A stretch of DNA of 64,000 bases, taken from NCBI GenBank assembly GCA_963727445.1, contig CAVSGI010000010.1, positions 704,001 through 768,000 of the forward strand. Reading direction: 5' to 3'. Numbering within the stretch: position 1 is the first letter of the stretch; each line of letters begins with the position of its first letter. The translations under genes and the position numbers were made by a program. Shown piece by piece: positions 21,230-31,709 of the stretch. The DNA is from an uncultured delta proteobacterium. Its GTDB lineage: Bacteria; Myxococcota_A; Polyangia; Polyangiales; B10-G4. The notes beneath the pieces were generated by a model that saw only the letters and a list, made by a program, of their open reading frames with translations, made no database searches and had not been told where the DNA came from.

Positions 21230-23280
21230 TGCCGCTCCGCCTCTTCATACTCTTCGCCCTCACCATCACGCTCGCCGGCTGCTCCATCATCAACAAGCCC
21301 AACCGCGACGCGATCGCCGGCGACGCCAGCATGGACGCGCCAGTGGACGGCGACGCCGGGACCGATGCCGATGCCGACGCCGACGCCGATACCGACGCCG
21401 GAGATGCGTGCGCCTCTCAAAACGAGGTCTGCGACGACTTCATCGACAACGACTGCAACGGCTTCGTCGACTGCGCCGATCCCTATTGCGCCTCGCGCAT
21501 GTTGTGCTGCCAAGGAGGCCTTCCCGACGCGCCGCCGTGGACAGGGGACGAGCTCGGCACCTACTGGAACGGCCTCCCCGCCGGCTCCGAGACGCTGACA
21601 CCCAACTACGACGATACGCTGAACCGCCTGACCGGGTTCGACGATGTGCAGGGGATCATCACGAAGCAATGCGTCCCCCTCGCCACCGGTTACCGCCTCC
21701 AAACCAACTTCCGGATGGAGTCCACCGAGTGCACGGGAGCCCCAGAGTGCTACGTGAGCCTGGTCTTCACACCCGCCCCCACGGTCCGCGCAGGGCTGCG
21801 TCTGCCCGACGACCTCGCGGTCACTGCGCATAGCGACGGTCGGCTCACCGTGACCAACGGCGGACGCGTGCTCGGCGAGGAAATGCTCGCGATGGTGGGG
21901 CGCACGACCTTCATCGTCGACATCACGGTGGGAAGCGACGGCGACACACCTTCCCTCCTGGCGACCGTTCGCTTGCAGTCCCAGGAGCCTTTCGTCGACG
22001 CCGAGCCGATCGCGCCGCTCGATTCGCTCCTCACGGATGGTGAGTGCGTCAACGTGGGAGGGCTGAATCTCGCCATCGAAGGCTCGGGCCAGCAGTTCAG
22101 CGTCGCCCCGTTGAGTCGCGGCCCGGTCGAGTGCATCAACGCGAGCAGCTTCCTCGAGCCGGATGCCACCTCGCGCGACGTACTCGCAGCGGAACCCGGA
22201 AATCTCCATTGGGGCAGCTGGGCGACCGGCGGCATCGGTTCGCCCGGGATCGCCTACCGTCCCCCCAAATGGTACGTGGTGGGCGACGCCACCGACCACG
22301 ACCGCGCGCTGGATGGTGCCTCCGCGGAGGTCGGCTTCGCGCTGGGCTTCGCCAACGCCACCGAGAGCGGTTGGAACTCGGACTGGACCGATGCGTCGAC
22401 CACCACCCCGAAGACCGGTTCTTGCTTCCCTTCATGTCTGGGGATGCCGCCCGTGGGTTGCTCCGACGCGTGCGACCTCGACAACAGCGTTCGGGACCCG
22501 TCTTTCGAACAGCTCTCCGTCGAGCTCGGCGGCGGCGCTCTGGCGACGGTCGCCTATTCGACCCGCGAGGCCGTCGATAGTTACAGCATCGTCGTGGAGG
22601 ATCGCTTCACCATCAACACCGGCGGTGATGTGCTCAGGACGGGCTCAATCCTCACGCCGGACGACGCGGAGCTCGACGACGACTGCCTATCGCTCCGCGA
22701 TCCCATGCTCGTCCGGCGTGATCGCAACGACACCATGGCGGGCTATTGGCTCTTCTTCAGCTGCTACGACGGGATCGACACCGCCGATATCCACGCGATC
22801 CAACTCGACAAGGACTTCTTCGTCGTCGCGGACACCCATCAAACCGTCGTCCGCCGAACCACGGAGGACTGGGCGGCGTCGTCCGTATGGTCGCCAGAGG
22901 TGATCGTCGAGCACGAGCCCGAGATACTCGCAGACATGTCGATGGGGCAGGGCCGAGACCTCTACCGGCTCTGGTTCATGGCGCGCAATCGCGACAACGA
23001 CGTCGTCAGCATCGGGCTCGTTCAGGCCCAGCTCGATCCCGACCAGCCCGAGGGCACGCTTCCCGAGTTCGTGCCCTTCGGGGCAAATCCGATCCTGAGC
23101 GAAGGCGACGCTGCGCTCCGGTGCGACTCGTCCGAGTGTCGGCTCCGCGGCTTCTCGGTCGTGCGCGAAGGGCTCACCCCCACGCTTCGCTTCCTGATCG
23201 CGCGCGAAGACGAGGGAAATCCCGTCGCGACCTGGCACTACGTTCCCTTCGAGCAGAGCTGGAAGTCTCCTTGGTACTGA
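21226..23280 (+). CDS. Lipoprotein with Cys/Asp repeat and putative five-bladed glycosidase-like propeller (paralog 1, most divergent)
   Basis: Lipobox LAGC; EVCDDFIDNDCNGFVDCADPYC; RDP...YWLFFS, WSPEV...YRLWF, ANPIL; ATGA overlap with the upstream stop. Confidence 0.7.
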   Translation: MMPLRLFILFALTITLAGCSIINKPNRDAIAGDASMDAPVDGDAGTDADADADADTDAGDACASQNEVCDDFIDNDCNGFVDCADPYCASRMLCCQGGLPDAPPWTGDELGTYWNGLPAGSETLTPNYDDTLNRLTGFDDVQGIITKQCVPLATGYRLQTNFRMESTECTGAPECYVSLVFTPAPTVRAGLRLPDDLAVTAHSDGRLTVTNGGRVLGEEMLAMVGRTTFIVDITVGSDGDTPSLLATVRLQSQEPFVDAEPIAPLDSLLTDGECVNVGGLNLAIEGSGQQFSVAPLSRGPVECINASSFLEPDATSRDVLAAEPGNLHWGSWATGGIGSPGIAYRPPKWYVVGDATDHDRALDGASAEVGFALGFANATESGWNSDWTDASTTTPKTGSCFPSCLGMPPVGCSDACDLDNSVRDPSFEQLSVELGGGALATVAYSTREAVDSYSIVVEDRFTINTGGDVLRTGSILTPDDAELDDDCLSLRDPMLVRRDRNDTMAGYWLFFSCYDGIDTADIHAIQLDKDFFVVADTHQTVVRRTTEDWAASSVWSPEVIVEHEPEILADMSMGQGRDLYRLWFMARNRDNDVVSIGLVQAQLDPDQPEGTLPEFVPFGANPILSEGDAALRCDSSECRLRGFSVVREGLTPTLRFLIAREDEGNPVATWHYVPFEQSWKSPWY

Positions 23281-25175
23281 AGGCGCGACACGTCGCGCTC
23301 GCCGCGCTTCTCCTCTCGGCGTGCAGCGCGGATGACGGGGCTGCGGGTGATACGGGCACCCCGCCACCTCGCGACGGTGCGGTCTTTGGCGACACCGGCA
23401 GCACCCGCCTCGACGCGTCGACATCCCCCACGGACTCCGGCTCTGGCGGAGGCGGCGGCGCGGGAGTGCCTCTCCCCGCTGGCCCTCCCTCTGCGCTCGC
23501 CGACGCCGCCGAGGATCCCGCCGGGTTCGTCGGGGACCCGAGCTCGTGCTGGGACGGGATGGACAACGACGGCAACCTCGAGAGCGACTGCGAGGATGCC
23601 TCGTGCCTAGGGGCACCCGCGTGTGGCCTGGGGAGCGGGACCCAGTGCGCCTCGGAGGCGACGACCTCCTTCGTCGCCTCGAGCTGTGGTGACGAGCCCG
23701 CCACGCCGACCTGCCTCGCCGCCTCTGTCACGCCCTTCGGCTCACCGGCCCCCTGGGTCGTCAGCGGCCGACTTCACCCCGGAGGGGACGACTACGACAG
23801 CGGCCTCGTGCTCGACGACGCTCTTTCCCCGCGAAGCCGCCGCGTCGTGATGACAGGCACCTTCGGCGCGCCCACCTGCCCGCCGGGCGTCTCTTCCTGT
23901 CTCGAGTACGCGGCCTTCGGTGTCTCCGAGACCCCGACCTTCGGGACCACGACCCGCGTGCACCCGACCGCCGCCCTGTTGCTGAGCCTCGCGCGCCACG
24001 AATTGGCCCTGGTCATCGGCGACGCCACCATCGAACGCTGGCCATTCGATGACGCGAGCCCCGAATGGACCCTGGACCTGCGCCCGACGGGCGAGGTCGT
24101 CGTGAGCAACGCAGGAATGATCCTCCGGCGCGCCCCCTACGCACCACCTGCAACCGCAGCAGCCATCATCTACGGCCGCAACATCAACCGCGCCGACGAC
24201 GAGCCCGGCGGCGCGGGGCTCGAGAGCTTCTCGATGAGCACCAGCCTCTGCGACATCCCGGACGCGTGGTCCTCGCGCGATCCGCTGACCGTGGTGGATC
24301 CGAGTGGCGAGCCCATCGACGTTTCCACGCTGCGCGCTCCGTCAGTGCGCCGCGGCGGCGACGGCGTCCTCTACCTGGCCCTCGAAGCCGCCGCCGCCAG
24401 CGGCCAGAGCCGCATCGTCGTCGCCGCCGAAGACGGGAGCGACACCCGCTTCGCGCTCCAGCATCCGTCGGATTCGCAAGTCCTGGCGGCCGCCGATACC
24501 TCCGCGGGCGTCACGCGTGTCGGCGACCCCGAGCTCTACTGGGATGACGCGACGAGCACCTGGCACCTCTTCTTCACGGGCGACTTCGGAGACGAGCAGC
24601 GGATCGGACACGCCAGCGGCGACAACCTCTCTTCGATGACGTTCACCGACTGGGTGGTCACGCCGTCGGGCAACGTTCGCGCCGTGGCGCAACCGAGCGT
24701 CGCGCGGAGCTACGATGAGCACTTCATCCTGGCCGCACGCACCAGCCACGACGATGGCGAGGCGCTCGCGATCTACGTCGCCACCGCCGCCGAAGGTCCC
24801 TACGAGGCCCATGCAGGAAGCCTCGCGATGGAAACCTTCCGGTCCGGCGGTGATCGGAGCGGCTTCGACGCGGACGAGGTGGGCGCGCCCTCGCTCCGGG
24901 TGGTGGGCTCCGCCTACCACCTCTACTTCGCCGGTCGCCATGGCACTCGTTGGGGCATCGGCGTCTGGACTTCCGCCGAGCTCGTATACTGGCGTCCCGT
25001 GACCAAAAGCAGAGCCCTCCTCCATGGCGACGGAAATGGCTTCGACGCGCTGGGCACACGCGATCCCGAAATTCTCGTCGAAGGGGAGGCAACCCGGCTT
25101 TTCTATCTGGGCGACGACGGAAACCTGACGGGTATGGGTGTGGCCAGCCGACCGAGCGACGAGCTTTCACCCTGA
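23271..25175 (+). CDS. Lipoprotein with five-bladed glycosidase-like propeller (paralog 2)
   Basis: Lipobox LSAC; CWDGMDND; PFGSPAPWV..G.LHPGGD; GDPELYW, FDADEVGAPS, YHLYFAGRHGTRWGIG; TTG start inferred. Confidence 0.75.
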   Translation: MVLKARHVALAALLLSACSADDGAAGDTGTPPPRDGAVFGDTGSTRLDASTSPTDSGSGGGGGAGVPLPAGPPSALADAAEDPAGFVGDPSSCWDGMDNDGNLESDCEDASCLGAPACGLGSGTQCASEATTSFVASSCGDEPATPTCLAASVTPFGSPAPWVVSGRLHPGGDDYDSGLVLDDALSPRSRRVVMTGTFGAPTCPPGVSSCLEYAAFGVSETPTFGTTTRVHPTAALLLSLARHELALVIGDATIERWPFDDASPEWTLDLRPTGEVVVSNAGMILRRAPYAPPATAAAIIYGRNINRADDEPGGAGLESFSMSTSLCDIPDAWSSRDPLTVVDPSGEPIDVSTLRAPSVRRGGDGVLYLALEAAAASGQSRIVVAAEDGSDTRFALQHPSDSQVLAAADTSAGVTRVGDPELYWDDATSTWHLFFTGDFGDEQRIGHASGDNLSSMTFTDWVVTPSGNVRAVAQPSVARSYDEHFILAARTSHDDGEALAIYVATAAEGPYEAHAGSLAMETFRSGGDRSGFDADEVGAPSLRVVGSAYHLYFAGRHGTRWGIGVWTSAELVYWRPVTKSRALLHGDGNGFDALGTRDPEILVEGEATRLFYLGDDGNLTGMGVASRPSDELSP

Positions 25176-25243
25176 TTTCGCGAAGGTAAGTGCGAAACCC
25201 ACACGGCGCGTTGGCATGGGGTGTGTAAGGATCTCCCTACGGT

Positions 25244-27178
25244 GTGCCAGGCCGTGCCGGAGGACCTTTGAGCCGTATCGTGATCAGTATCGTCGCCGCA
25301 TGCGCTGCATTGGGTTGCAGCTATGACGGATCCTTTTTGGGACCCGCGACGCCGGGGGACGCCGAGGTCGGCGACGGTGGGATGTCCCGGGGCGCCACGA
25401 CCACCGACGGCATCCCGGCCGATGAAAGCATGACGGCGGGCCGCACCAGCGAAGACGTCTCCGACCCGAGTGGTGGAGCTTCCCCTTCCCCGGAGGCGGC
25501 GGCGTCGTGTTTCGATGGCGTCGACAACGACATGGCGTCGGCCGATGGATTCGATTGTGGTGATCCCGACTGCGCAGGGATCGCGAGCTGCGTCGTCGGC
25601 AACGGCAGCCTCTGCACCGCGATCTCCGACGACTCCCTCGCGATCACCGGCTGCGCCGAGCTCCCCGTGACGACGGATTGCATCGGAGGCGTGGCGGAGC
25701 CCTTCGGCTCGCCTAGTCCGTGGGTGGCGGACGGCGCGCTTCATCCCGGCGGGGACGACGCGGACAGCGGCATCATCTACGAGCAGGCCGTCGGACTTCG
25801 CTCGCATCGCCTGGCGCTCCGCGCGACCCTTCAGCAACCAACCTGCCTCGCCGGCGACCCCTGCCTCGACACGGTGGCGCTCGGCGTGACGGGTCAGCCG
25901 AAGGAGGACCTCGCCGCCGGCAATCGGGTTCACGCCCACGTCGCTCTCGCCTACAGCGCAGCGCGCAGCGCGATGAGCCTGCTCCTGTCGGACACCGTCG
26001 TGCAGCGCTGGCCGATCACCCCCTCCACGCCGGACAGCTGGACGCTCGTCCTCCGGCCCGACGGGCTTCTCGACGTGCTCAACGGCGACGACTCTCTACT
26101 CGGAACGGAGCTGATCCCGTGGGCCCCCATCGACGACGCGCGCGTGGTGGTCTTCGGGCGAAGCATGAATCGGGCGTATCCCAGCCCCGATGGTGCCGCC
26201 CTCACCGCGCTGGACGTGGGTGTCTCGGCTTGTGACATGCCGAGCGCATGGGAGGAGCGGGGGCCAGTGCAGGTCGGTGTGGCCGCCGGCGGATCCCCCC
26301 TCGCCCTGGACGATGCCGAGCAGGTCTCGGCCGTCGTCGGCGGCGTCGACGGGCGTCACTATCTTGTCTATCGCCAGGCGGGTGATGCGCCGGGTCAGAA
26401 CCGGTTCATGGCGGCCTTCGAGACGACGATCGGACCGAACGACTACCGGCGCGTCGCCGACGAGCCGATCCTCACGCCGGACGAGGTCTACGACGAAGGC
26501 GGGATCGCCGATCCCGAGCTCTTCTGGGATGGGGCTCAGTTCCACCTCTATTACACGGCCATCGAGGGGATCACGGAGACGCGGAGCATCGCGCATGCGA
26601 GTGGACCGGAGCTCACTTCCCTCGTCAAAGATCCTCTCCCACTGATCGCTCCCGCGGAGCACGGCTTCCAGCACCTCGAGATGCCGAGTCATGCCCGCTC
26701 GAGCGGAGGGGTCGACGTCCTCGTCGCGCGTGGGATCGGGCAGAGCAGCCACGAGTTGGTCGCTTTCGCCTATCTGGATGAGGTGTGGACGCGCGTGGTC
26801 GGGACCGATCCGACCAGCAGCCTCTCGGTCGTTTCCAAGCGCGAGCTGGACGTTCGGCTCCCCGGACGATTCGACGCTGACGAGATCGCACACCCCAGCA
26901 TCGTCCGGGTCGGAGGCGCCTTCCACATCTACTACGCCGGTCGCCATGGCACTCGCTGGGGCGTCGGCCTGCTCGCGACCGACGAGCTGCTCTACTTCCG
27001 CGACGTCACTGGAGGCGACGCGCTCCTCGCCGGGTCGGGCGAGGGGTTCGACGCGCTCAGCACCCTCGAGCCCGATGTGCTCGTCGAGGACACACAGGTA
27101 AGCCTCTTCTACGTCGGCACCGATGGGGCGTCTCGAACCGTCGGACGCGCCGCCCGAAGCCGGGGAAGCGCGGAATGA
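25244..27178 (+). CDS. Lipoprotein with five-bladed glycosidase-like propeller (paralog 3)
   Basis: Lipobox ALGC; CFDGVDND; PFGSPSPWV..GALHPGGD; ADPELFW, FDADEIAHPS, FHIYYAGRHGTRWGVG. Confidence 0.75.
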   Translation: MPGRAGGPLSRIVISIVAACAALGCSYDGSFLGPATPGDAEVGDGGMSRGATTTDGIPADESMTAGRTSEDVSDPSGGASPSPEAAASCFDGVDNDMASADGFDCGDPDCAGIASCVVGNGSLCTAISDDSLAITGCAELPVTTDCIGGVAEPFGSPSPWVADGALHPGGDDADSGIIYEQAVGLRSHRLALRATLQQPTCLAGDPCLDTVALGVTGQPKEDLAAGNRVHAHVALAYSAARSAMSLLLSDTVVQRWPITPSTPDSWTLVLRPDGLLDVLNGDDSLLGTELIPWAPIDDARVVVFGRSMNRAYPSPDGAALTALDVGVSACDMPSAWEERGPVQVGVAAGGSPLALDDAEQVSAVVGGVDGRHYLVYRQAGDAPGQNRFMAAFETTIGPNDYRRVADEPILTPDEVYDEGGIADPELFWDGAQFHLYYTAIEGITETRSIAHASGPELTSLVKDPLPLIAPAEHGFQHLEMPSHARSSGGVDVLVARGIGQSSHELVAFAYLDEVWTRVVGTDPTSSLSVVSKRELDVRLPGRFDADEIAHPSIVRVGGAFHIYYAGRHGTRWGVGLLATDELLYFRDVTGGDALLAGSGEGFDALSTLEPDVLVEDTQVSLFYVGTDGASRTVGRAARSRGSAE

Positions 27179-29022
27179 GAGTCCTCCCTCCGGCTCTGAT
27201 GTGTCTCGCCCTCGTCGCGTGCGGTGACTTCGACTCGAGGAGCGGGGACGGCGACACACTCGACGGCGCCCTGATGGGCGTGGACGCCGGGACAGATGCA
27301 AACACCGGATCGACGCGGGACGGCGGCGCACCTGGCGACGCGGGCTCGGGTGAGGACAGCGACTACGTCCTGGCCCGAGACGGGATGGCTGCCGCTCCCG
27401 TATCGGTGGGAGGTCTGGACGCTTGCTACAGCGACGACGCCTGTGGCTCCTCGATGTGCGAAGGCGTCCGCAGCTGCTGCGTGGGAAGCGGCGCTTGCTG
27501 CGCGGCGACCGGCGCCGATCCTGCACCCTCCCTGCTCGTCTCGGCCACCTGCAGCGATTACGACCCGGCGGAGGACTGCCTCGGTCCGGGAATGAGCGGC
27601 TTCGGCTCGCCCCTTCCCTACGTCTTCGCTGGCGGACTGGTGCCCGGCGGCGATGAGCTCGGGGACAGCGGCTTGCTCGCCGACGATCCGATCGACCTCA
27701 CGGTCCACCACGCCGTCCTCACGGCGACGATTCGCACGGCGGCGGCGTGCGGCGCGGCTTGCATCGAAACCCTCGGCCTCGGCCTCACGGAGCAGAGCAG
27801 CGTCACCGAATCGGTGCATCCCATCGCCGCGCTGGTCTACAGCAGGTCGCGAAATCGCGTGACCCTCATGGTCGGCGAAGCGCAGCTCGCCGCCTGGTCC
27901 GACATCTCGGACGGAGAGCAGTGGTCGCTCGAGCTGCTGCCCTCTGGAACCGTCGATGTCCAGCGAGACGGATCTCTGCCGAACCCCGAGTTCGTTCCGG
28001 TCCCCTACCAGCCCTCCACCAGCGCGCGCCTCACCATCTACGGCCACACGGTCAACCCGAGCGCGATGGCGCCTAGTCGGCTCGAGGACGTGACCTTCGA
28101 CGTCTCGCTCTGCGACGTGCCCGACGCGTGGGCCAATCGCCAAGAGGTCCCCGTCACTCTCAGCGCGGGAGGTCAGCTGCTCTCCGTTCGCGCGCCTTCA
28201 CTGCTCCGCGGAACGCGGACTCTCCTCGTCTGGGAGCAGGCAGGTGAGATCTGGCTCGCCGAGGATTTGGGCAGCGGCTTCGTCGCACAGGATGGGCCGC
28301 TCCTCGTCGCCGACATGGACAAGGCGTGGATGAATGAAGCGGTGGGCGACCCGGACATCGTCGAACGGCCCGACGGCGGCGGTTATGCCGTCTTCTTCAC
28401 GGGCCACGAGTCGTCAGGACGCCCCACCATCGGCCGCCTCGATCTCGACGCGAGCCTCGAGCCCAGCCCCGTCAATCCCGTCACCCAGATCGCCACTGGC
28501 GCCGACGTCGACGGCGACGAGATCTCCCAGCCGACCGTGTGGCAGCACTCTGCCGATACCTGGATCCTCGTGGCACGGGCACGCGAGAACGAGACCACCC
28601 ACCTGCGCGTCCTTCGAAGCGACGACGCCGGACAGAATTGGAGTCGTCACCTCAGCACCGCGCTCGACACACTCACCGCGCGCACCGAGACGCGCAGCAC
28701 CAGCGGCTTCGACTCCGATGACCTCGGCCATCCCTCCCTCGTCGTCTACAACGGCGCCTGGCAGCTCTATTACACCGGCCAGCGCGGCACGCGCTCCGGG
28801 GTCGGGCTCCTGCTGTCGGACGATCTCGTCAACTGGCGTGCCTTCGATCCCAGCAAGGCCATCCTTCGACCTGGCGCCAGCGCCGATGAGCAGGTCGGCG
28901 TGCTCGGCGAGGACGTGGTGGTCGAGAGCTTCGGCCTGTCGATGGTCTACGTGGCGGACGACGGCTATCAGCAGCGGCTCTACAGCACCTCGCGGCGCGC
29001 GACCGACACGGGCACCTTCTAA
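27175..29022 (+). CDS. Lipoprotein with five-bladed glycosidase-like propeller (paralog 4)
   Basis: Lipobox LVAC; GFGSPLPYV..GGLVPGGD; GDPDIV, FDSDDLGHPS, WQLYYTGQRGTRSGVG. Confidence 0.75.
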   Translation: MRVLPPALMCLALVACGDFDSRSGDGDTLDGALMGVDAGTDANTGSTRDGGAPGDAGSGEDSDYVLARDGMAAAPVSVGGLDACYSDDACGSSMCEGVRSCCVGSGACCAATGADPAPSLLVSATCSDYDPAEDCLGPGMSGFGSPLPYVFAGGLVPGGDELGDSGLLADDPIDLTVHHAVLTATIRTAAACGAACIETLGLGLTEQSSVTESVHPIAALVYSRSRNRVTLMVGEAQLAAWSDISDGEQWSLELLPSGTVDVQRDGSLPNPEFVPVPYQPSTSARLTIYGHTVNPSAMAPSRLEDVTFDVSLCDVPDAWANRQEVPVTLSAGGQLLSVRAPSLLRGTRTLLVWEQAGEIWLAEDLGSGFVAQDGPLLVADMDKAWMNEAVGDPDIVERPDGGGYAVFFTGHESSGRPTIGRLDLDASLEPSPVNPVTQIATGADVDGDEISQPTVWQHSADTWILVARARENETTHLRVLRSDDAGQNWSRHLSTALDTLTARTETRSTSGFDSDDLGHPSLVVYNGAWQLYYTGQRGTRSGVGLLLSDDLVNWRAFDPSKAILRPGASADEQVGVLGEDVVVESFGLSMVYVADDGYQQRLYSTSRRATDTGTF

Positions 29023-29111
29023 CTCTGGCGCGTCGAGCGCTCGACCGCCGGGCGGCACTTCGCGCGGGGATTTTTCGAACCCGTCCCCCACCGGGGAGTA
29101 TGCTGGCGCGC

Positions 29112-30740
29112 ATGGCTCTGCGCCCGATCCTCGACGTCGCTGCCGATCTCGACCTCCGCGGCGACTCCGTCATCCCCTGGGGCCCTCACGCAGCCAAAGT
29201 CCCGATGCGTGTCATCGGCGAGCCGAAGCCGCGGGGCAAGCTGGTGCTGGTGTCGGCGGTGACACCGACCAAGCACGGTGAGGGCAAGAGCACCGTGAGC
29301 GTCGGCCTGACCATGGGCCTGGTCCGCGTGGGCCAGAAGGCCGTCGCCTGCCTCCGCGAGCCGTCCCTCGGCCCGGTCTTCGGCATCAAGGGGGGCGGCA
29401 CCGGCGGCGGCAAGGCGCAGGTGGTGCCGGCCGACCGCATCAACCTCCACTTCACCGGGGACCTGCACGCGATCACCACCGCGCACGATCTCTGCTCCGC
29501 GCTGGTGGAGAACGACCTCCACTTCGGCGCGAAGAGCGGACTCGATCCGCGGCGGGTCAGCTGGCCACGCGTGCTCGACGTCAACGACCGCACCCTGCGT
29601 CAGGTGACGACCGGCCTCGGTGGACGGGGCAACGGCGTGCCGCGCGAGGCGCGCTTCGACATCACGGCGGCGAGCGAGGTGATGGCGGTCTTCGCGATGG
29701 CGCGCGACCGCGCGCACCTCCGCGCGCGTCTCGGACGCATCGTGGTGGGCCTGGGGAAGAAGAGCGCGCCCATCACCACCGAGGACGTGGGCGCCGCGGA
29801 CTCGATGGCGGTGCTCCTCGACGACGCCATCGACCCGAACCTCGTGCAGACCGCCGAAGGGGGCCCGGCGCTGCTGCACGGGGGGCCCTTCGCGAACATC
29901 GCGCACGGATGCTCGAGCGTGATCTCGACGCGCCTCGGATTGAGCCGCGCGGATGTCGTGGTGACCGAAGCCGGCTTCGGCTTCGACCTCGGCGGCGAGA
30001 AGTTCCTACATCTGAAGTGCCGGAGCGCAGGGCTCTGGCCTTCGGCGGTGGTGTTGGTGGTCACGGCCAAGGCGCTCGCGAGCCACGGCGGCGGTGAGGC
30101 GGGCGACCTCGAGGCGGTGCGCCGCGGGCTGGCGCACCTCGACGCGCAGCTCGACAACATCGCGGCCTTCGGGCTGACGCCGGTGGCGGCCCTGAACGTC
30201 TTTCCGGGCGACACCGAGGAGGCGCTGGCGTTGATCGAGGCGCGGACGAGCGAGCGCGGCGTGCGCTCGGCGCGTTTCACCGGCTTCGCGGATGGAGGCG
30301 CCGGCGCAGAGGCGCTCGCGCACGAGGTGGTGGCGGCGATCGAAGCGCCGGCCACCGAGCCGCGCTTCCTCTACGAGGAAGACGCCCACGCGATGGAGAA
30401 AGTGAGCGCGATCGCGCAGACGCTCTACGGGGCAGAGCGCGTGGTCTGGACGAAGGAAGCGAAGAGCCGCCTCGGTCGGCTCGAGAAGGGCGGCTTCGGA
30501 CATCTGCCACCCTGCATCGCCAAGACGCAAACCTCCTTCAGCGACGATCCACGCCGGCCCGCGATCAAGGGCGGCTTCATCGTCACCGTCACCGACGTGC
30601 GCGTCTCGGCGGGCGCGGGCTTCCTGGTGGTGCTGATGGGCGACATGAACACCATGCCCGGACTGCCGCGCGAGCCCGCCGCGCTGAAGATTCGCCTCGA
30701 GGCCGATGGGCGCGTGCGCGGCCTGATGCAGGGCGAATGA
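29112..30740 (+). CDS. fhs: Formate--tetrahydrofolate ligase
   Basis: TPTKHGEGKST, LREPSLGPVFGIKGG, INLHFTGD, FDITAASE, HGGPFANIAHG, TEAGFG, TMPGLP. Confidence 0.95.
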   Translation: MALRPILDVAADLDLRGDSVIPWGPHAAKVPMRVIGEPKPRGKLVLVSAVTPTKHGEGKSTVSVGLTMGLVRVGQKAVACLREPSLGPVFGIKGGGTGGGKAQVVPADRINLHFTGDLHAITTAHDLCSALVENDLHFGAKSGLDPRRVSWPRVLDVNDRTLRQVTTGLGGRGNGVPREARFDITAASEVMAVFAMARDRAHLRARLGRIVVGLGKKSAPITTEDVGAADSMAVLLDDAIDPNLVQTAEGGPALLHGGPFANIAHGCSSVISTRLGLSRADVVVTEAGFGFDLGGEKFLHLKCRSAGLWPSAVVLVVTAKALASHGGGEAGDLEAVRRGLAHLDAQLDNIAAFGLTPVAALNVFPGDTEEALALIEARTSERGVRSARFTGFADGGAGAEALAHEVVAAIEAPATEPRFLYEEDAHAMEKVSAIAQTLYGAERVVWTKEAKSRLGRLEKGGFGHLPPCIAKTQTSFSDDPRRPAIKGGFIVTVTDVRVSAGAGFLVVLMGDMNTMPGLPREPAALKIRLEADGRVRGLMQGE

Positions 30741-31678
30741 CGAAGAAGTCGATCTCGGTCTCCGCGGAGGACGACGGCAAGACCCTCGCCGCGGTGGTGC
30801 GCGCCGCGATGGACGAGATCCCCTGGAGCAAGGCGCGCGAGCTCGTGCACCGGGGCAAGGTCACGGTCGACGGCGAGATCGCCGAGGACCCGGCCGTGCG
30901 CATGAGCGCCGGACAGGCGGTGTCGATCGATCCCGAAGGGCGACGCCGACGCCGCGGCGTCCTCGACCGGAGCGCCATCGTCTACCTCGACGCCGACGTA
31001 GTCGTCGTCGACAAGCCCCCGGGCATCCTCAGCGTTCCCTACGCCGCCGGTGACAAGGACACCCTCGTCGATCAGACCTTCGCCGCCCTCAAGCGCGAAC
31101 GCCCGAGCCAGCGCGCCCCGCTCGGGGTCGTCCAGCGCCTCGACAAAGACACCAGCGGCCTCATCGTCTTCGCCCGCAACCTCCCGGCCAAGCGCCACCT
31201 CGCCCAGCAGCTCCGCAAGCACACCGTCACGCGGCGCTACCTCGCCCTCGTTCACGGCATCGCCGAGAGCCGGCGCCACGAGAGCATCTTCATCCGCGAC
31301 CGCGGCGACGGGCTGCGCGGCTCCTTCGGCGTCTTCCGGCGCCCGAAGTCCAAGCAGCCGCCGAAAGACGCCAAGCGCGCCGTCACCCACGTGCGCCGCC
31401 TCGAATCCTTCGGTGACGTCGCCTCCCTCGTCGAGTGCCGCCTCGAGACCGGTCGCCAGCACCAGATCCGCATCCACCTCGCCGAAGACGGCCACCCGCT
31501 GATCGGCGAGCGCGTCTACATCCGCGACTTCTCGGGGTCACCCATCGACGCGCCGCGCATCATGCTCCACGCGCAGTCGCTCGGCTTCGATCATCCGCGG
31601 AGCGACGAGCGCGTCGAGCTCGAGAGCGCGTTGCCTGCGGACTTCGCCGAGGTGCTGAAGCGGCTGCGCAGCGCGTAG
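30737..31678 (+). CDS. RluA/RluD-family pseudouridine synthase with S4 domain
   Basis: VVDKPPG, QRLDKDTSG, LETGRQHQIRIH, MLHA..LGFDHP. Confidence 0.92.
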   Translation: MTKKSISVSAEDDGKTLAAVVRAAMDEIPWSKARELVHRGKVTVDGEIAEDPAVRMSAGQAVSIDPEGRRRRRGVLDRSAIVYLDADVVVVDKPPGILSVPYAAGDKDTLVDQTFAALKRERPSQRAPLGVVQRLDKDTSGLIVFARNLPAKRHLAQQLRKHTVTRRYLALVHGIAESRRHESIFIRDRGDGLRGSFGVFRRPKSKQPPKDAKRAVTHVRRLESFGDVASLVECRLETGRQHQIRIHLAEDGHPLIGERVYIRDFSGSPIDAPRIMLHAQSLGFDHPRSDERVELESALPADFAEVLKRLRSA

Positions 31679-31709
31679 GCTTCGCGCATGCCGCTCGCGG
31701 AGCTTCGCG

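Noticed and set aside
25212..25227. sigma54 promoter before propeller paralog 3 (TGGCATGGGGTGTGTA)
   Set aside because: -12 element reads GT rather than GC; too weak to call
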